64,000 bases of DNA from NCBI GenBank assembly GCA_965224025.1, contig OZ245033.1, positions 2,304,001 through 2,368,000 on the forward strand, read 5' to 3'. The stretch comes from Candidatus Multivorans sp. GTDB lineage: Bacteria; Acidobacteriota; Thermoanaerobaculia; Multivoradales; Multivoraceae. The first letter of the stretch is position 1. Every line of letters begins with the position of its first letter. The notes beneath the pieces are model-generated. The model did no database searches. It had not been told where the DNA came from and saw nothing but the letters and a program-made list of their open reading frames with translations. Both the position numbers and the translations under genes were made by a program. Positions 1-11,922 of the stretch are shown piece by piece.

Positions 1-2
1 TG

Positions 3-1268
3 GAGACGGTCTACGCCCTGAGCTACCAGCAGGGCCGGCTCTGGGTCGCCACCGGCCAGGAGGGCAAGCTGTTCAGCTTCCAGAACGACCAGATGGTGCT
101 CGAGAAGGACCTCGATCAGAGCCAGATCGTCGGTCTGGGTCAGGGCAATGCGGGCCCGGTCTTCGCCAGCGTCAATGCGGCGGCCGTCTACGGCTTCGTC
201 GGCGGCGCCGGCGGCGGGCTGGCAAGCCAGGGGACGGTGACCGCCAAGCCGCTCGACGCGTCGTCCGTCGCGAGCTTCGGTTCGATCCGCTGGCGCGGGC
301 GCGCCGGAGACGGCGCCCTCGTGGCGCTCTCCGCGCGCAGCGGGATGAGTTCGGACCCGGACGAGACGTGGTCGGACTGGACCGAGGCTTCCGCGGCGCG
401 GGAGGCGCCGCTCAAAGACCTGCCGCCGGGCCGCTACCTCCAATGGCGGGCCGAACTCCGCGGCAGCGGCGACCTTACGCCCGAGGTCGTGGCGGTCGAG
501 GTCACCTACCGGCAGCACAACCGCAAGCCCGAGATCAAGAAGCTGGAAGTGCTCCCGGCGGGGACGATCCTGGTGCCGACGAACTTCAATCCGTCGAACC
601 AGGCCTACGAGCCGGCGCACCCGAACCGCGACCGCATCTTCACCGTCGTCGGCGACCCGGCGCAGACCAAGCAGGGCGCAACGAAGAGCCTGTGGAAGCT
701 GGGATACCGGACGCTGCGCTGGGAAGCCGAGGACCCCAACAAGGACCGTCTCCGCTACCGGCTCTCCTTCGCCCGCGAGGCGGAACTCGCGGCCGGCGAC
801 GAAGACGCGGACGACTCGGATGCTCTGTGGCTGGAGATGGCGGATGACCTCAAGGCCGCCTTTTTCAGCTTCGACGCGACCGTGCTGCCGGACGGGCTCT
901 ACCGTTTCCGGGTCAGCGCCACCGACAAACTCGACAACACCCCCGGCGACGCCCTCGAGGCAGACCGGGTATCGGCCGCGGTGATGGTCGACCACAGCCC
1001 GGCGCGCCTGGTCGAGGCCTCGCGCGACGGCGGCCGCGTGACCGCGGTGGTCGAGGACGCCTGGAGCCCGCTGCGCGAGGCGGTGGTCAGCGTCGACGCG
1101 GGCGAGTGGCGCGCCGCCAGGGTCGAGGACGGTCTGCTCGACAGTCAGCGGGAGACGCTGTCGATCGATGCCGCCGGGGGCGCCCGGTTGTTGCTGCTCC
1201 GGCTGACCGACGCCGCCCACAACGTGACCACGATTGACCTGTCCGATCAGCTCGGGAGCGAAGAATGA
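3..1268 (+). CDS. Large secreted/periplasmic beta-propeller-like hypothetical protein, 5' end outside window
   Basis: Frame is open from position 3 (ETVYALSYQQGRLWVATGQEGKLFSF...) to the stop at 1268; genome-typical codon usage; overlaps the coaD start (ATGA). Confidence 0.75.
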   Translation, partial: ETVYALSYQQGRLWVATGQEGKLFSFQNDQMVLEKDLDQSQIVGLGQGNAGPVFASVNAAAVYGFVGGAGGGLASQGTVTAKPLDASSVASFGSIRWRGRAGDGALVALSARSGMSSDPDETWSDWTEASAAREAPLKDLPPGRYLQWRAELRGSGDLTPEVVAVEVTYRQHNRKPEIKKLEVLPAGTILVPTNFNPSNQAYEPAHPNRDRIFTVVGDPAQTKQGATKSLWKLGYRTLRWEAEDPNKDRLRYRLSFAREAELAAGDEDADDSDALWLEMADDLKAAFFSFDATVLPDGLYRFRVSATDKLDNTPGDALEADRVSAAVMVDHSPARLVEASRDGGRVTAVVEDAWSPLREAVVSVDAGEWRAARVEDGLLDSQRETLSIDAAGGARLLLLRLTDAAHNVTTIDLSDQLGSEE

Positions 1269-1747
1269 GCCCGCGAGTTGGCGTCTTCCCCGGCTCCTTC
1301 GACCCGGTGCACAACGGCCACCTCGATCTGATCGAGCGCGCCCGCCGGCTCTTCGACGTGCTCTACATCGCGGTGCTCTTCAACGAGCAGAAGCAAGCGC
1401 TGTTCTCGGTCGAGGAACGCATCGACCTGCTGCACACCCTGCTCGGAGAATCCGACGACTGCCGGGTCGAGAGCTTCAGCGGCCTGCTCGTCGACTACGC
1501 GCGGGAACGGAAAGCCACCGCCGTCGTCCGCGGCCTCCGCTCCGGCGCCGACTTCGACTACGAACTGCCGATGACGCTGATGAACCGCCGCCTCGCCCCC
1601 GGCATCGACACGATCTTCCTGCTGCCGGCGCCGGAGTGGATCTTCCTCTCCAGCCGGCTGACCAAGGAGGTCGGCAGCCTGGAGGGCGACCTGACGGGCG
1701 TCGTGCCGCCCTTGGTCATTGAGGCGTTGCGCCGGAAGCTGGGGTAG
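1265..1747 (+). CDS. coaD: Pantetheine-phosphate adenylyltransferase
   Basis: FPGSFDPVHNGHLDLIERA, VRGLR..DFDYE and FLSS motifs; 160 aa. Confidence 0.97.
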   Translation: MSPRVGVFPGSFDPVHNGHLDLIERARRLFDVLYIAVLFNEQKQALFSVEERIDLLHTLLGESDDCRVESFSGLLVDYARERKATAVVRGLRSGADFDYELPMTLMNRRLAPGIDTIFLLPAPEWIFLSSRLTKEVGSLEGDLTGVVPPLVIEALRRKLG

Positions 1748-1781
1748 TTCGGGACGCGGCGATCGCGTCCACGGTCGAGTC

Positions 1782-2330
1782 CTACTCGGGGCCGACTTCC
1801 CCGCTCGAGATCATGGTCGTTCCGGTCAAGGGGTCGTAGACCGCGATCACGTAGGTGTGCTCTCGCCGACGGAGCCGCAGGTCGGTCTGGTAGTAGAAGA
1901 ACTGGCCCGGCTCGGGCTTCTCGGGAGCGGCTATCGGGATCTTCTCGCTTGACATGTCCGCGCGGCTACCGTTCAGGCCCATCACCAGGATCCGGACCTC
2001 CAGCTCGTTCTGCCACAGGCCGGCTATGGGAAGAAGTGCCACTTCATCTAGCGGAATCGCCACCTCGATGGGCACTGAGATCTTGCCTCGGCCGGCGCGG
2101 ACCGGTTCCGAGAAGCGAACGTCGAGTGGCTGGGCATCGGACGGCTCGCCTAACAGAAGGGCGGCCTCGACTGTCATGGCGATCTCGCGGTCCCGCGACG
2201 TGTCCACGTAGCCTTCGCGCGTTCGGACGTTGAGGTCGGTGCGGTCAATGATGTTGATCTCCACTCCGTGAAACTCGTCGTCCTCCCGCCGAGTGGGCTC
2301 GAAGCCCAGCCAGTAGAGGCTGAATGTCCA
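1782..2330 (-). pseudogene. C-terminal remnant of a VWA-domain-associated protein (5' truncated)
   Basis: Frame extends upstream of the called ORF as YWLGFEPTRREDDEFHGVEINII...VRTREGY, typical of the post-VWA region of acidobacterial VWA proteins. It then hits a stop in lower-GC sequence, with no VWA domain present. Confidence 0.6.
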
Positions 2331-2632
2331 GTAACGGACAAGTCGCCTGTCAGGTCACGCTTTGTCAACGACTTTGGAACAGCCCTGAGCGAGAACGCAG
2401 AGGGCCTGGAGCGTCCTCGCGACTGGCACTAGACTCCTTGAACGAGCGTGGTCTTTACAGTTGAGGCAAGTTTCAGCCAGAGCCATGATCGATACGTCGG
2501 CTCGCGTAGCCCGCAAGGACATGCTCGTCGGTCTGAGGCGAAGCCTCGCTAGGGAAATGCTGCCGGTCCGGCGGCGCGAAAGGGCTTGACCGCTAGTGGG
2601 CGGACGTCGACTTGGGTGCGCAAGCGCCCACC

Positions 2633-3691
<1,059 letters not shown>

Positions 3692-3698
3692 CTCTCTG

Positions 3699-5621
3699 CT
3701 AGGTCTCCGCCATTTGCCGGCCAGGAGCAGCGCTCTCTCCGGCCGCGGTAGATGTCTCCGCGCCGCTGAGGGAGTAGATTCGATGGAGGATTTCGTCCCG
3801 CGTGAAAGGCTTGCCCTCGACCTTGGAGAAGGTCTCGATGTCCTTCAGGTAGCGGGCCCGCAGGAGCAGGGCCAACTGGCCGAGGTTCATTTCCGGCACC
3901 AGAACCCGCTCGAAGCGGTCGAGGATGTCGCCCAGATTGCGGGGAAAGGGGTTGATGTGCCGGAGGTGGGCGCGACTGACCGTGAGGCCGTCCGCCCGCG
4001 CCTGGTTCACCGCTCCGGTGATCGCGCCCAGGGTGCTGCCCCAACCGAGGATCAGGAGTTTGCCGCTCTCGGGTCCGTTGACCTCGATGTCGGAAATGTC
4101 GCCCGCGATCCGCGCGACCTTCTCGGCTCGCAGCCGCACCATGTGGTCGTGGTTGTCCGGCTCGTAGTTGACGTTGCCGGTGACGTCCTCCTTCTCGAGA
4201 CCGCCGATCCGGTGCTCGAGGCCGGGAGTGCCCGGAATCGCCCAGGGCCGGGCGAGGGTCTGCTGGTCGCGCATGTAGGGCAGGAAGCCCTCGGCGTCCT
4301 GGTGGAAGCCGACCCGGAGGTCGGGGAGTTCCTCGACCAGGGGGATCCGCCAGGGTTCGGCGCCGTTGGCGATGTAGCCGTCGGACAAGAGGATGACGGG
4401 CGTCATGTAGGTCGTCGCCATGCGGACCGCCTCGAGCGCGGTGTCGAAGCAGTCGGCGGGCGAAGCGGCCGCGATCACCGGTACGGGCGATTCGTTGTTG
4501 CGCCCGAACATGACCTGCAGCAAATCCGCCTGCTCGGTCTTCGTCGGCAGGCCGGTCGACGGCCCGCCCCGCTGGATGTCGCAGATGACCAGGGGCAGCT
4601 CGACCATCACCGCCAGGTTGATCCCCTCGGCCTTCAGCGCGATCCCGGGGCCACTCGAACAACTGACGCCGAGGCTGCCGCCGAAGGAAGCGCCGATCGC
4701 GGCGCAGACGGCGGCGATCTCGTCCTCGGCCTGGTAGGTCACAACACCGAAGTGCTTGTAGGTCGCCAACTCGTGGAGCACGTCGCTGGCGGGAGTGATC
4801 GGGTAGGCGCCGAGGAACAGGGGCAGGCCGCTGCGGCGGCTCGCCGCCACCAGGCCGATGGCCAGCGCCGAGTTGCCGTGGATGCTGCGGTAAATGCCGG
4901 GATCGAGCTGGGCGGGCTCCACGTCGTACCGCACCTGGAAGGCGTCGGTGATGTCGCAGAAGTTCCAGCCCGCCTTCATCACCTTGACGTTCGCCTCGGC
5001 GATCTCGGGGCGTCTCTTGAACTTGACCCGCAGCCAGTCGATCGTCGACTCGAGGGGCCGGCTGAACAGCCAGTAGACCATCCCCAGGGCCAGGAAGTTC
5101 TTGCACCGGTCCTTGGAGCGGACGTCGAGCGGGCTGTCCTCCAGCGCGCGCCGGGTCATCGTCGTCAGGCCGACCGGGTAGAGCCGGAAGGCGTTCAGGC
5201 TGTCGTCCTCGAGCGGATTCGACTCGTAGCCGGCCCGCTTCAGGTTGCGCGGAGTGAACTCGTCGGTGTTGACGATGATCACGCCGTTGTCGCGCAGGTC
5301 GCGCAGGTTGGCCTTGAGCGCCGCCGGGTTCATGGCGATCAGGACGTCCGGGGCGTCGCCCGGGGTGTGGATGTCGTGATCGGCGATCCGGACCTGGAAA
5401 CCGGAAACGCCCGCCAGCGTGCCTGCCGGCGCGCGGATCTCGGCCGGGAAGTCGGGCAGGGTCGACAGGTCGTTGCCGATCAGCGCCGACGTGTTCGTGA
5501 ACTGCGTGCCGGTGAGCTGCATGCCGTCGCCGGAATCGCCGGCGAAGCGGATGACGACGTCGGAGATTGTTGCTTCGGAGGCTCTGCCGGCGGCCGTCTG
5601 CCCTGCGATCGGGAGGGTCAT
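3699..5621 (-). CDS. korA: 2-oxoacid:ferredoxin oxidoreductase alpha subunit (gamma-alpha fusion)
   Basis: RFAGDSGDGMQLTG, YPITPAS, QAEDEIAA, QRGGPSTGLPTK, EMNLGQL; start placed at ATG 5621 (MTLPIAG). Confidence 0.95.
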   Translation of the reverse strand: MTLPIAGQTAAGRASEATISDVVIRFAGDSGDGMQLTGTQFTNTSALIGNDLSTLPDFPAEIRAPAGTLAGVSGFQVRIADHDIHTPGDAPDVLIAMNPAALKANLRDLRDNGVIIVNTDEFTPRNLKRAGYESNPLEDDSLNAFRLYPVGLTTMTRRALEDSPLDVRSKDRCKNFLALGMVYWLFSRPLESTIDWLRVKFKRRPEIAEANVKVMKAGWNFCDITDAFQVRYDVEPAQLDPGIYRSIHGNSALAIGLVAASRRSGLPLFLGAYPITPASDVLHELATYKHFGVVTYQAEDEIAAVCAAIGASFGGSLGVSCSSGPGIALKAEGINLAVMVELPLVICDIQRGGPSTGLPTKTEQADLLQVMFGRNNESPVPVIAAASPADCFDTALEAVRMATTYMTPVILLSDGYIANGAEPWRIPLVEELPDLRVGFHQDAEGFLPYMRDQQTLARPWAIPGTPGLEHRIGGLEKEDVTGNVNYEPDNHDHMVRLRAEKVARIAGDISDIEVNGPESGKLLILGWGSTLGAITGAVNQARADGLTVSRAHLRHINPFPRNLGDILDRFERVLVPEMNLGQLALLLRARYLKDIETFSKVEGKPFTRDEILHRIYSLSGAETSTAAGESAAPGRQMAET

Positions 5622-5769
5622 GTTCGTCTCTTGCGATGTGGACGCGAGGCGTTCTTGGACGCAGGCCGAGGCCACTGGCACGCCCGCGGGCGGTCCGAAA
5701 ATCCGTCCGCCGGAAGTGAGGACGTAGATAGTACCATGACGCTGCCCCGCGCGTTGGCGAGAACTTCCA

Positions 5770-7830
5770 GTGCCTAGTCGCGAGAACAAACCGAGCCAAA
5801 GGAGGCCATGGCGTCGAGCCGGCTGGCTGTTGGGGCTGCTTCTCGCTCTGGGACTCTCGAGCGCCACCCTCTCGCTCAACGCGCCGCTGGCTCTGGACCT
5901 GTTGGCCGGGACCGTCGCCAGCGTGGCCGGACTCGTCATCGTGTGGGTGGCCGTGGTTTGGTTGCAGCGCCGGTTGCTGTGGCGGGTCGGACGCCGCTTG
6001 GCCTTCAGCTACATGCTGCTCGGTCTGCTGCCCTTCCTGCTCAGCCTGGTGCTGGTGATCGTCACCGCCTACCTGCTGTCCGGGTTCTTTCTGGGTCACC
6101 TGTACCGGGACGCGGCGATCAGCCTCCACGAGGAACTCGAGGCGGTGTCCGAGTTCCTCATCCAGCCGCTCGAAATGGGGCTCCTCGACCCGTCCGGTCT
6201 GCCCACGACGGTGGGTGGCGCCGCGCTGGCGTACTACCAGGACGGCCTTCGCGTGGCCGGAGACCGGCGGGCGCCGGCGCCCTTTCCGGCGTGGCTGGAG
6301 ACGGACGACGAGTTCGAGGGTCAGCGGCGGCGGAGCAGGGTTCCGCAGTTGGTCGTGCTGTCGGACGGTGCGGCGACCCTGGCCGCGGCTTTTGGCCGCG
6401 GGACATCCGGCGTGGTGGCCTTCTACGACCCCGAGGCCGGGCGCCTGCTGGAACGGGAGTTGAGCGGCCGAAGCGATGTCTGGACCCGGCTCCGGCGTCA
6501 GGGCGAGACGGACGGCGCGGAGACGACGCTCCAGATCCTCGACACCCAGTTCGTGCTGCAGCCGCTGGCGCGGACGCGCGGCAGCGCCGAACGCGAGGCG
6601 TTCTTCGAGTCTCTCGGCGCCAGTTCGCCGCTCAGCATCGTCGGCGTCGAAATGGCCGGGCCGCTGCACGCCTTCGCCAGCGGCGAACCGGTCTCGCCGC
6701 CGGTGTCGGCGTCGCTCGCCGCTACCGAGCGGATCGTTATTCGACACCTTTTCTCGTCATCGGGCCAGGTCGACAGTCTCGGCTGGATCGTGTTCGGTGT
6801 CGCCGCCTTCCTGCTCTTCGACGTCTTCATCGCGGCGACTGTCATGGCCGCGTTCATGATCCTGGGGCTGAGCCGCGCAGTGAACCGGTTGAGCGCGGCG
6901 ACCGGGGCGGTGCAGGCGGGCGACTTCTCGGCCCGCATCCCGGTGCGTCGCCGGGATCAGGTCGGCGCCCTGCAGACCTCCTTCAACGAGATGGCGCGGA
7001 GCCTCGAGGGCCTGGTGGCCGAGCTCGCCGCGAAGCACGCCCTGGAGCAGGAACTCGAGATCGCCCGGGAGGTCCAGAAGAGCCTGATTCCGGGCCGCAG
7101 CGTGCAGTCGGAGGGTGTGGAGTTCGCGACCTTCTTCGAGCCGTCCGCCGCGATAGGCGGCGACTACTTCGACATCGTGCGGCTGCCCGGAGAGGACGGC
7201 GGCGAGAGCGATCGGCTGGCGGTGGTGATCGCGGACGTTGCAGGTCACGGGCTTTCCGCGGGTCTGCGCATGGCGATGCTCAAGGCGGGGCTTCTGACCC
7301 TGGTCGAGGAGGGCAAGCCGCCGCGGGAGATCCTGTCATCGCTCGATCGGCTCGTGCGGTCGGGAGGCGACCGCACCTTCGTGACCGCGAGCCTGTCCCT
7401 GGTCGATCTGAAGGAGGGCGTCGTCGACATCACGAACGCGGGCCATCCGCCGGCGTACCTGCTGCGGCGGAACGAAGTCGAGGAGATCCTGCTGCCGGGG
7501 ACCCCGCTCGGCGCGCTCGGCGAGGACTACGGCTTCCGGCGTATCGAGCTGCAGCCGGGTGATGTCCTCGCTTGGCTTTCCGACGGCTTCATCGAGGCCG
7601 TGGGCCGCGACGGTGAGCCGTTCGGCTACGACCGGACCAGGACCTCGCTCTTGGGACCCGCGGCCAACGCCAAGGAGGTGTGCGACCGCATCCTCGAGAA
7701 GATGAGGCGCCATACCGACGGCGTCGGCGCCGAGGACGATCTGACTCTGGTCGTCATGCGTTACCAACCGGAAACAGCCGCGGCAGAGAATCCGGCCGGT
7801 CCGGAGCTCATGACCGCGGCCGGCGCCTGA
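5770..7830 (+). CDS. Membrane sensor with HAMP domain and SpoIIE/PP2C phosphatase domain
   Basis: N-terminal TM helices, HAMP (GDFSARIPVRRRDQVGALQTSFNEM), GGDYFD, IADVAGHG, NAGHPP, SDGFIE and DDLT motifs. Confidence 0.92.
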   Translation: MPSRENKPSQRRPWRRAGWLLGLLLALGLSSATLSLNAPLALDLLAGTVASVAGLVIVWVAVVWLQRRLLWRVGRRLAFSYMLLGLLPFLLSLVLVIVTAYLLSGFFLGHLYRDAAISLHEELEAVSEFLIQPLEMGLLDPSGLPTTVGGAALAYYQDGLRVAGDRRAPAPFPAWLETDDEFEGQRRRSRVPQLVVLSDGAATLAAAFGRGTSGVVAFYDPEAGRLLERELSGRSDVWTRLRRQGETDGAETTLQILDTQFVLQPLARTRGSAEREAFFESLGASSPLSIVGVEMAGPLHAFASGEPVSPPVSASLAATERIVIRHLFSSSGQVDSLGWIVFGVAAFLLFDVFIAATVMAAFMILGLSRAVNRLSAATGAVQAGDFSARIPVRRRDQVGALQTSFNEMARSLEGLVAELAAKHALEQELEIAREVQKSLIPGRSVQSEGVEFATFFEPSAAIGGDYFDIVRLPGEDGGESDRLAVVIADVAGHGLSAGLRMAMLKAGLLTLVEEGKPPREILSSLDRLVRSGGDRTFVTASLSLVDLKEGVVDITNAGHPPAYLLRRNEVEEILLPGTPLGALGEDYGFRRIELQPGDVLAWLSDGFIEAVGRDGEPFGYDRTRTSLLGPAANAKEVCDRILEKMRRHTDGVGAEDDLTLVVMRYQPETAAAENPAGPELMTAAGA

Positions 7831-7842
7831 CGGAGGCCGCGC

Positions 7843-8532
7843 GTGAACGTCGCCTCGCGGGCCGCTGCGGCGGCCGTGGTACTGGTCTTGTGCGCCTCGG
7901 CGGTCGGGGCGGAGTTGGCCGTTCTGACCAACGGTTACCGGTACAAGGTGACGGCGTGGGAGCTCCTCGAGGGGCGGGGTACGAACGCCGAGCGCATCCG
8001 GCTGACCTTGGAGGGCGGCGGTTCCGTCACCCTGCCGCTGATGCGGATCGAGCGCATCGTGGACGACGAGATCGTCGAGGCGCCGCCTCCCGAGCCGCCG
8101 CCGGAGAACGGCTTCTCGCTCGACTACAGGCCCGGACAGACGGCGCCGGCCGTTCCCTACGGCGAGCTGTTCCTCGAGATCGGCCGCGAGCATGAACTGA
8201 ACCCCGATCTGCTGGCGGCGATGGCGCGCGCGGAGTCCGCCTACGACCCCGGCGCCATGTCGTCGAAGGGCGCGCGCGGTCTGCTGCAACTCATGCCGGC
8301 GACCGCCGAGCGCTTCGGCGTTTCGGCGGGCGAGCTCTACGACCCCGCCCGCAACGTGCTCGCCGCGGCCCGCTACCTGACCTGGCTGCGCCGCCGGTTC
8401 GAGGACGACCTGCCGCGCGTGCTGGCCGGGTACAACGCCGGCGAGGGCGCCGTCGACGCCCACGACGGGGTGCCTCCTTACCGGGAGACCGTGACCTTTG
8501 TCGGCCGGATCTACGGCTTCCTGGGCCTGTAG
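7843..8532 (+). CDS. Lytic transglycosylase (SLT domain)
   Basis: Signal peptide; AES catalytic motif, GARGLLQLMPATA, AGYNAGEG, PPYRET. Confidence 0.93.
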   Translation: MNVASRAAAAAVVLVLCASAVGAELAVLTNGYRYKVTAWELLEGRGTNAERIRLTLEGGGSVTLPLMRIERIVDDEIVEAPPPEPPPENGFSLDYRPGQTAPAVPYGELFLEIGREHELNPDLLAAMARAESAYDPGAMSSKGARGLLQLMPATAERFGVSAGELYDPARNVLAAARYLTWLRRRFEDDLPRVLAGYNAGEGAVDAHDGVPPYRETVTFVGRIYGFLGL

Positions 8533-8535
8533 GGC

Positions 8536-8656
8536 CCGTCAGCGGGCGCGCGGGTGATATTGCAAAGCGCGCGGGCGATCCCTTCGAGGTTGTCCGTTTC
8601 ACCTTGCGCGCGGGTGATATGGGAGAGTGCGGCGATTCGGTCGAGGTCTTCCCGTT

Positions 8657-8678
<22 letters not shown>
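8536..8678. repeat. Three direct copies of the xerD 3'-terminal sequence at 58-60 bp period
   Basis: ccgtttcaccttgcgcgcgggtgatat is exact at 8594-8620 and 8652-8678; variant ccgtcagcgggcgcgcgggtgatat at 8536-8560. All read YHPRAR-stop on the minus strand. Confidence 0.9.
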
Positions 8679-9583
<905 letters not shown>

Positions 9584-9708
9584 GTCGTATAGCCGGAAAT
9601 CTATCAGTGCGTGCCGACACTGGTTGCGCCGGCGTCCCCGCCGGCATGGGGCCGCAGCATTGCCTGGTCGCTTGTTGTAGAGAATGTCGCTAGCGCGACA
9701 CCGTTTCT

Positions 9709-9807
9709 CTGGGTGCGCGGACGTGCCATCCGTGCGCCCGATGACGGGCGCACGGACTGGTTTACGGGTGGCGCGGATCGCGCCACCCGGGATCTGGTCC
9801 GCATCCG
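9709..9807. repeat. Composite repeat: double-hairpin element B (9726-9791) inserted in the loop of a family-A hairpin
   Basis: ctgggtgcgcggac [B] tctggtccgcatccg; the uninterrupted form occurs at 48898-48928 (minus strand). Confidence 0.8.
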
Positions 9808-9858
9808 AGCGATGCCGCGAAGCGGCGAGCCCGAGTCGCGTCGCGCTACGATTCCCCG

Positions 9859-11520
9859 ATGACAAGACGAACTCTCGCACTCGCGCTTTCTCTTCTGGCG
9901 TTCGCCATCGCCGCCTGCGTCCAGCCAGCCCCTGATATCGCAACCCAACTCGACACCTGGCTTGCCGACCTCGCCGACGACGCCATGGAGGGCCGCGGCC
10001 CCGGCAGTGCCGGTGACGTCGCCGCGCGCCTGTACATCGCCGGCGCCATGGCGGACATGGGCATCGAACCGGCGGCTGGCGATGGCGGCTGGGAGCAGCC
10101 GTTCGACATCGTCGGCATCAACGCCACCGTGCCCGAGACCTGGACCTTCCACGCGAGCGGCGGCGACAGCGTCGAGTTCGCGTTCTGGGACGAGTTCATC
10201 GCCCACAGCGGCGTCCAGTCGGAGCAGGCGACGATCGAGGACGCCGAGGTGGTGTTCGTCGGCTACGGCATCCAGGCGCCGGAGTACGGCTGGGACGACT
10301 ACGGCGACGCGGATCTCGCCGGCAAGGTCCTCGTCATGCTGAACAACGATCCGGACCGGGATCCGGACCTGTTCGAGGGCGACCGCCGCCTCTACTACGG
10401 CCGCTGGACCTACAAGTACGAGAGCGCGGCGGCCCAGGGCGCGGCCGGCGCGATCATCATCCACACCACGCCGTCGGCCGGCTATCCCTTCCAGGTGGTT
10501 CAGACATCCTGGACGGGGCCCCAGTTCGAGCTGCCCGCCGAGGGCGAACCGCGCACGCAGATCAACGCCTGGCTGACGGAAGAGGCGTCCCGCCGGCTCT
10601 TCGCGCTGGCCGGCGTCGACTACGACGCGACTCTGGAGTCGGCCAGGAGCGCCGACTTCGAACCCGTGCCGCTTGGACTCTCGACGAGTCTGGCGCTCGA
10701 GAACATCGTGACCAGCGAGCAAACGGCCAATGTCCTCGGCGCCCTGCCCGGCAGCGACCCGGACTTGGCCGACGAGTGGGTCGTCTTCACGGCCCACCAC
10801 GATCACCTGGGCGTCTCGCCAGACGAGAGCCTGGAAGACCGCATCTACAACGGCGCCCTCGACAACGCGGCCGGCGTTGCCCAGGTGCTGGCGATCGCCA
10901 GCGAGCTGGCCGCTCAGGAACCCGGTCCGAGCCGCTCCGTCCTGCTCGCCTTCGTCGGCGCGGAGGAGCAGGGCCTTCTCGGCTCCGAGTACTACGCCGG
11001 CCACCCCACGGTGCCGCCCGGCAAGATGGCCGCGAACATCAACTACGACGGCGGCAACCAGTGGGGCCGCACCCGCGACGTGACCTACATCGGCTACGGC
11101 AAGTCGAGCCTCGACGCCGTGGTCGAAGCGGCCGCGGCCGACCAGGGCCGCACCGTGCTGCCCGACCAGTTTCCGGACCGCGGCTACTTCTACCGTTCGG
11201 ACCAGTTGAACTTCGCCCGCATCGGCGTGCCGGCGATCTACCTCGACAACGGCACCGACTTCATCGACCGGCCGGAGGGTTGGGGCCACGAGCAGTTGGA
11301 TGCCTGGACGGACAACATCTACCACCAGGTGTCCGACGAGTACCAGCCGATGAACGAGGAAGGCGAGGGCTGGAACCTCGACGGCATGGTCGAAGACGTC
11401 GAACTCGGCCTCGCCTGCGCCCGCGCCATTGCCGAGAACCCCGAACTCCCGGCCTGGAACCCCGGCGACGAGTTCGAGGCCGCGCGGCTGGCGGCGCTCG
11501 CCGCCGTGGCGGGCGAGTAG
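9859..11520 (+). CDS. M28 family metallopeptidase lipoprotein (PA-domain insert)
   Basis: Lipobox-like AIAAC, EGRGPG, TAHHDHLG, NGALDNAAG, AEEQGLLGS, RSDQ and YHQVSDE zinc-ligand motifs. Confidence 0.93.
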   Translation: MTRRTLALALSLLAFAIAACVQPAPDIATQLDTWLADLADDAMEGRGPGSAGDVAARLYIAGAMADMGIEPAAGDGGWEQPFDIVGINATVPETWTFHASGGDSVEFAFWDEFIAHSGVQSEQATIEDAEVVFVGYGIQAPEYGWDDYGDADLAGKVLVMLNNDPDRDPDLFEGDRRLYYGRWTYKYESAAAQGAAGAIIIHTTPSAGYPFQVVQTSWTGPQFELPAEGEPRTQINAWLTEEASRRLFALAGVDYDATLESARSADFEPVPLGLSTSLALENIVTSEQTANVLGALPGSDPDLADEWVVFTAHHDHLGVSPDESLEDRIYNGALDNAAGVAQVLAIASELAAQEPGPSRSVLLAFVGAEEQGLLGSEYYAGHPTVPPGKMAANINYDGGNQWGRTRDVTYIGYGKSSLDAVVEAAAADQGRTVLPDQFPDRGYFYRSDQLNFARIGVPAIYLDNGTDFIDRPEGWGHEQLDAWTDNIYHQVSDEYQPMNEEGEGWNLDGMVEDVELGLACARAIAENPELPAWNPGDEFEAARLAALAAVAGE

Positions 11521-11600
11521 CGCTTCGTGCGAACTGGCGGCATCGGTTGCACCCTCCCCTCCGGACCCGGCCCAGGCTGGACGGCGCTGCCCATCAGGCC

Positions 11601-11633
11601 CTGGGAACGCGGGCATCCTGCCCGCATCCGGCG
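11601..11633 (+). repeat. Dispersed REP-like hairpin, family A
   Basis: ctgggaacgcgggcatcctgcccgcatccggcg; near-identical copies at 37813, 51594, 60737 and 62522 (minus). Confidence 0.85.
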
Positions 11634-11667
11634 GGCTACCGGCTGACCAATAGAGGAGAACCATCAG

Positions 11668-11907
11668 ATGACCGAAGCCCAGATTGCCGCTCGCGAGCCG
11701 GCGAAGATCGAACTCGAAGCCGGCACCTACTACTGGTGCCGGTGCGGCCAGTCGCAGAACCAACCGTTCTGCGACGGCTCGCACCGTGGCACGGAGTTCG
11801 AGCCGATCCGTCTCACCTTGGAGGAGGACCGCCGGGTTGCGCTCTGTCAGTGCAAGCGCAGCGGCAAGATTCCGCACTGCGACGGCAGTCACCGCTTCCT
11901 GGACTGA
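11668..11907 (+). CDS. CDGSH iron-sulfur domain protein (two CDGSH motifs)
   Basis: [17 protein letters not shown] and [17 protein letters not shown]; RBS gaggag upstream. Confidence 0.95.
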   Translation: MTEAQIAAREPAKIELEAGTYYWCRCGQSQNQPFCDGSHRGTEFEPIRLTLEEDRRVALCQCKRSGKIPHCDGSHRFLD

Positions 11908-11922
11908 GGGAGGCGGTCGCCG

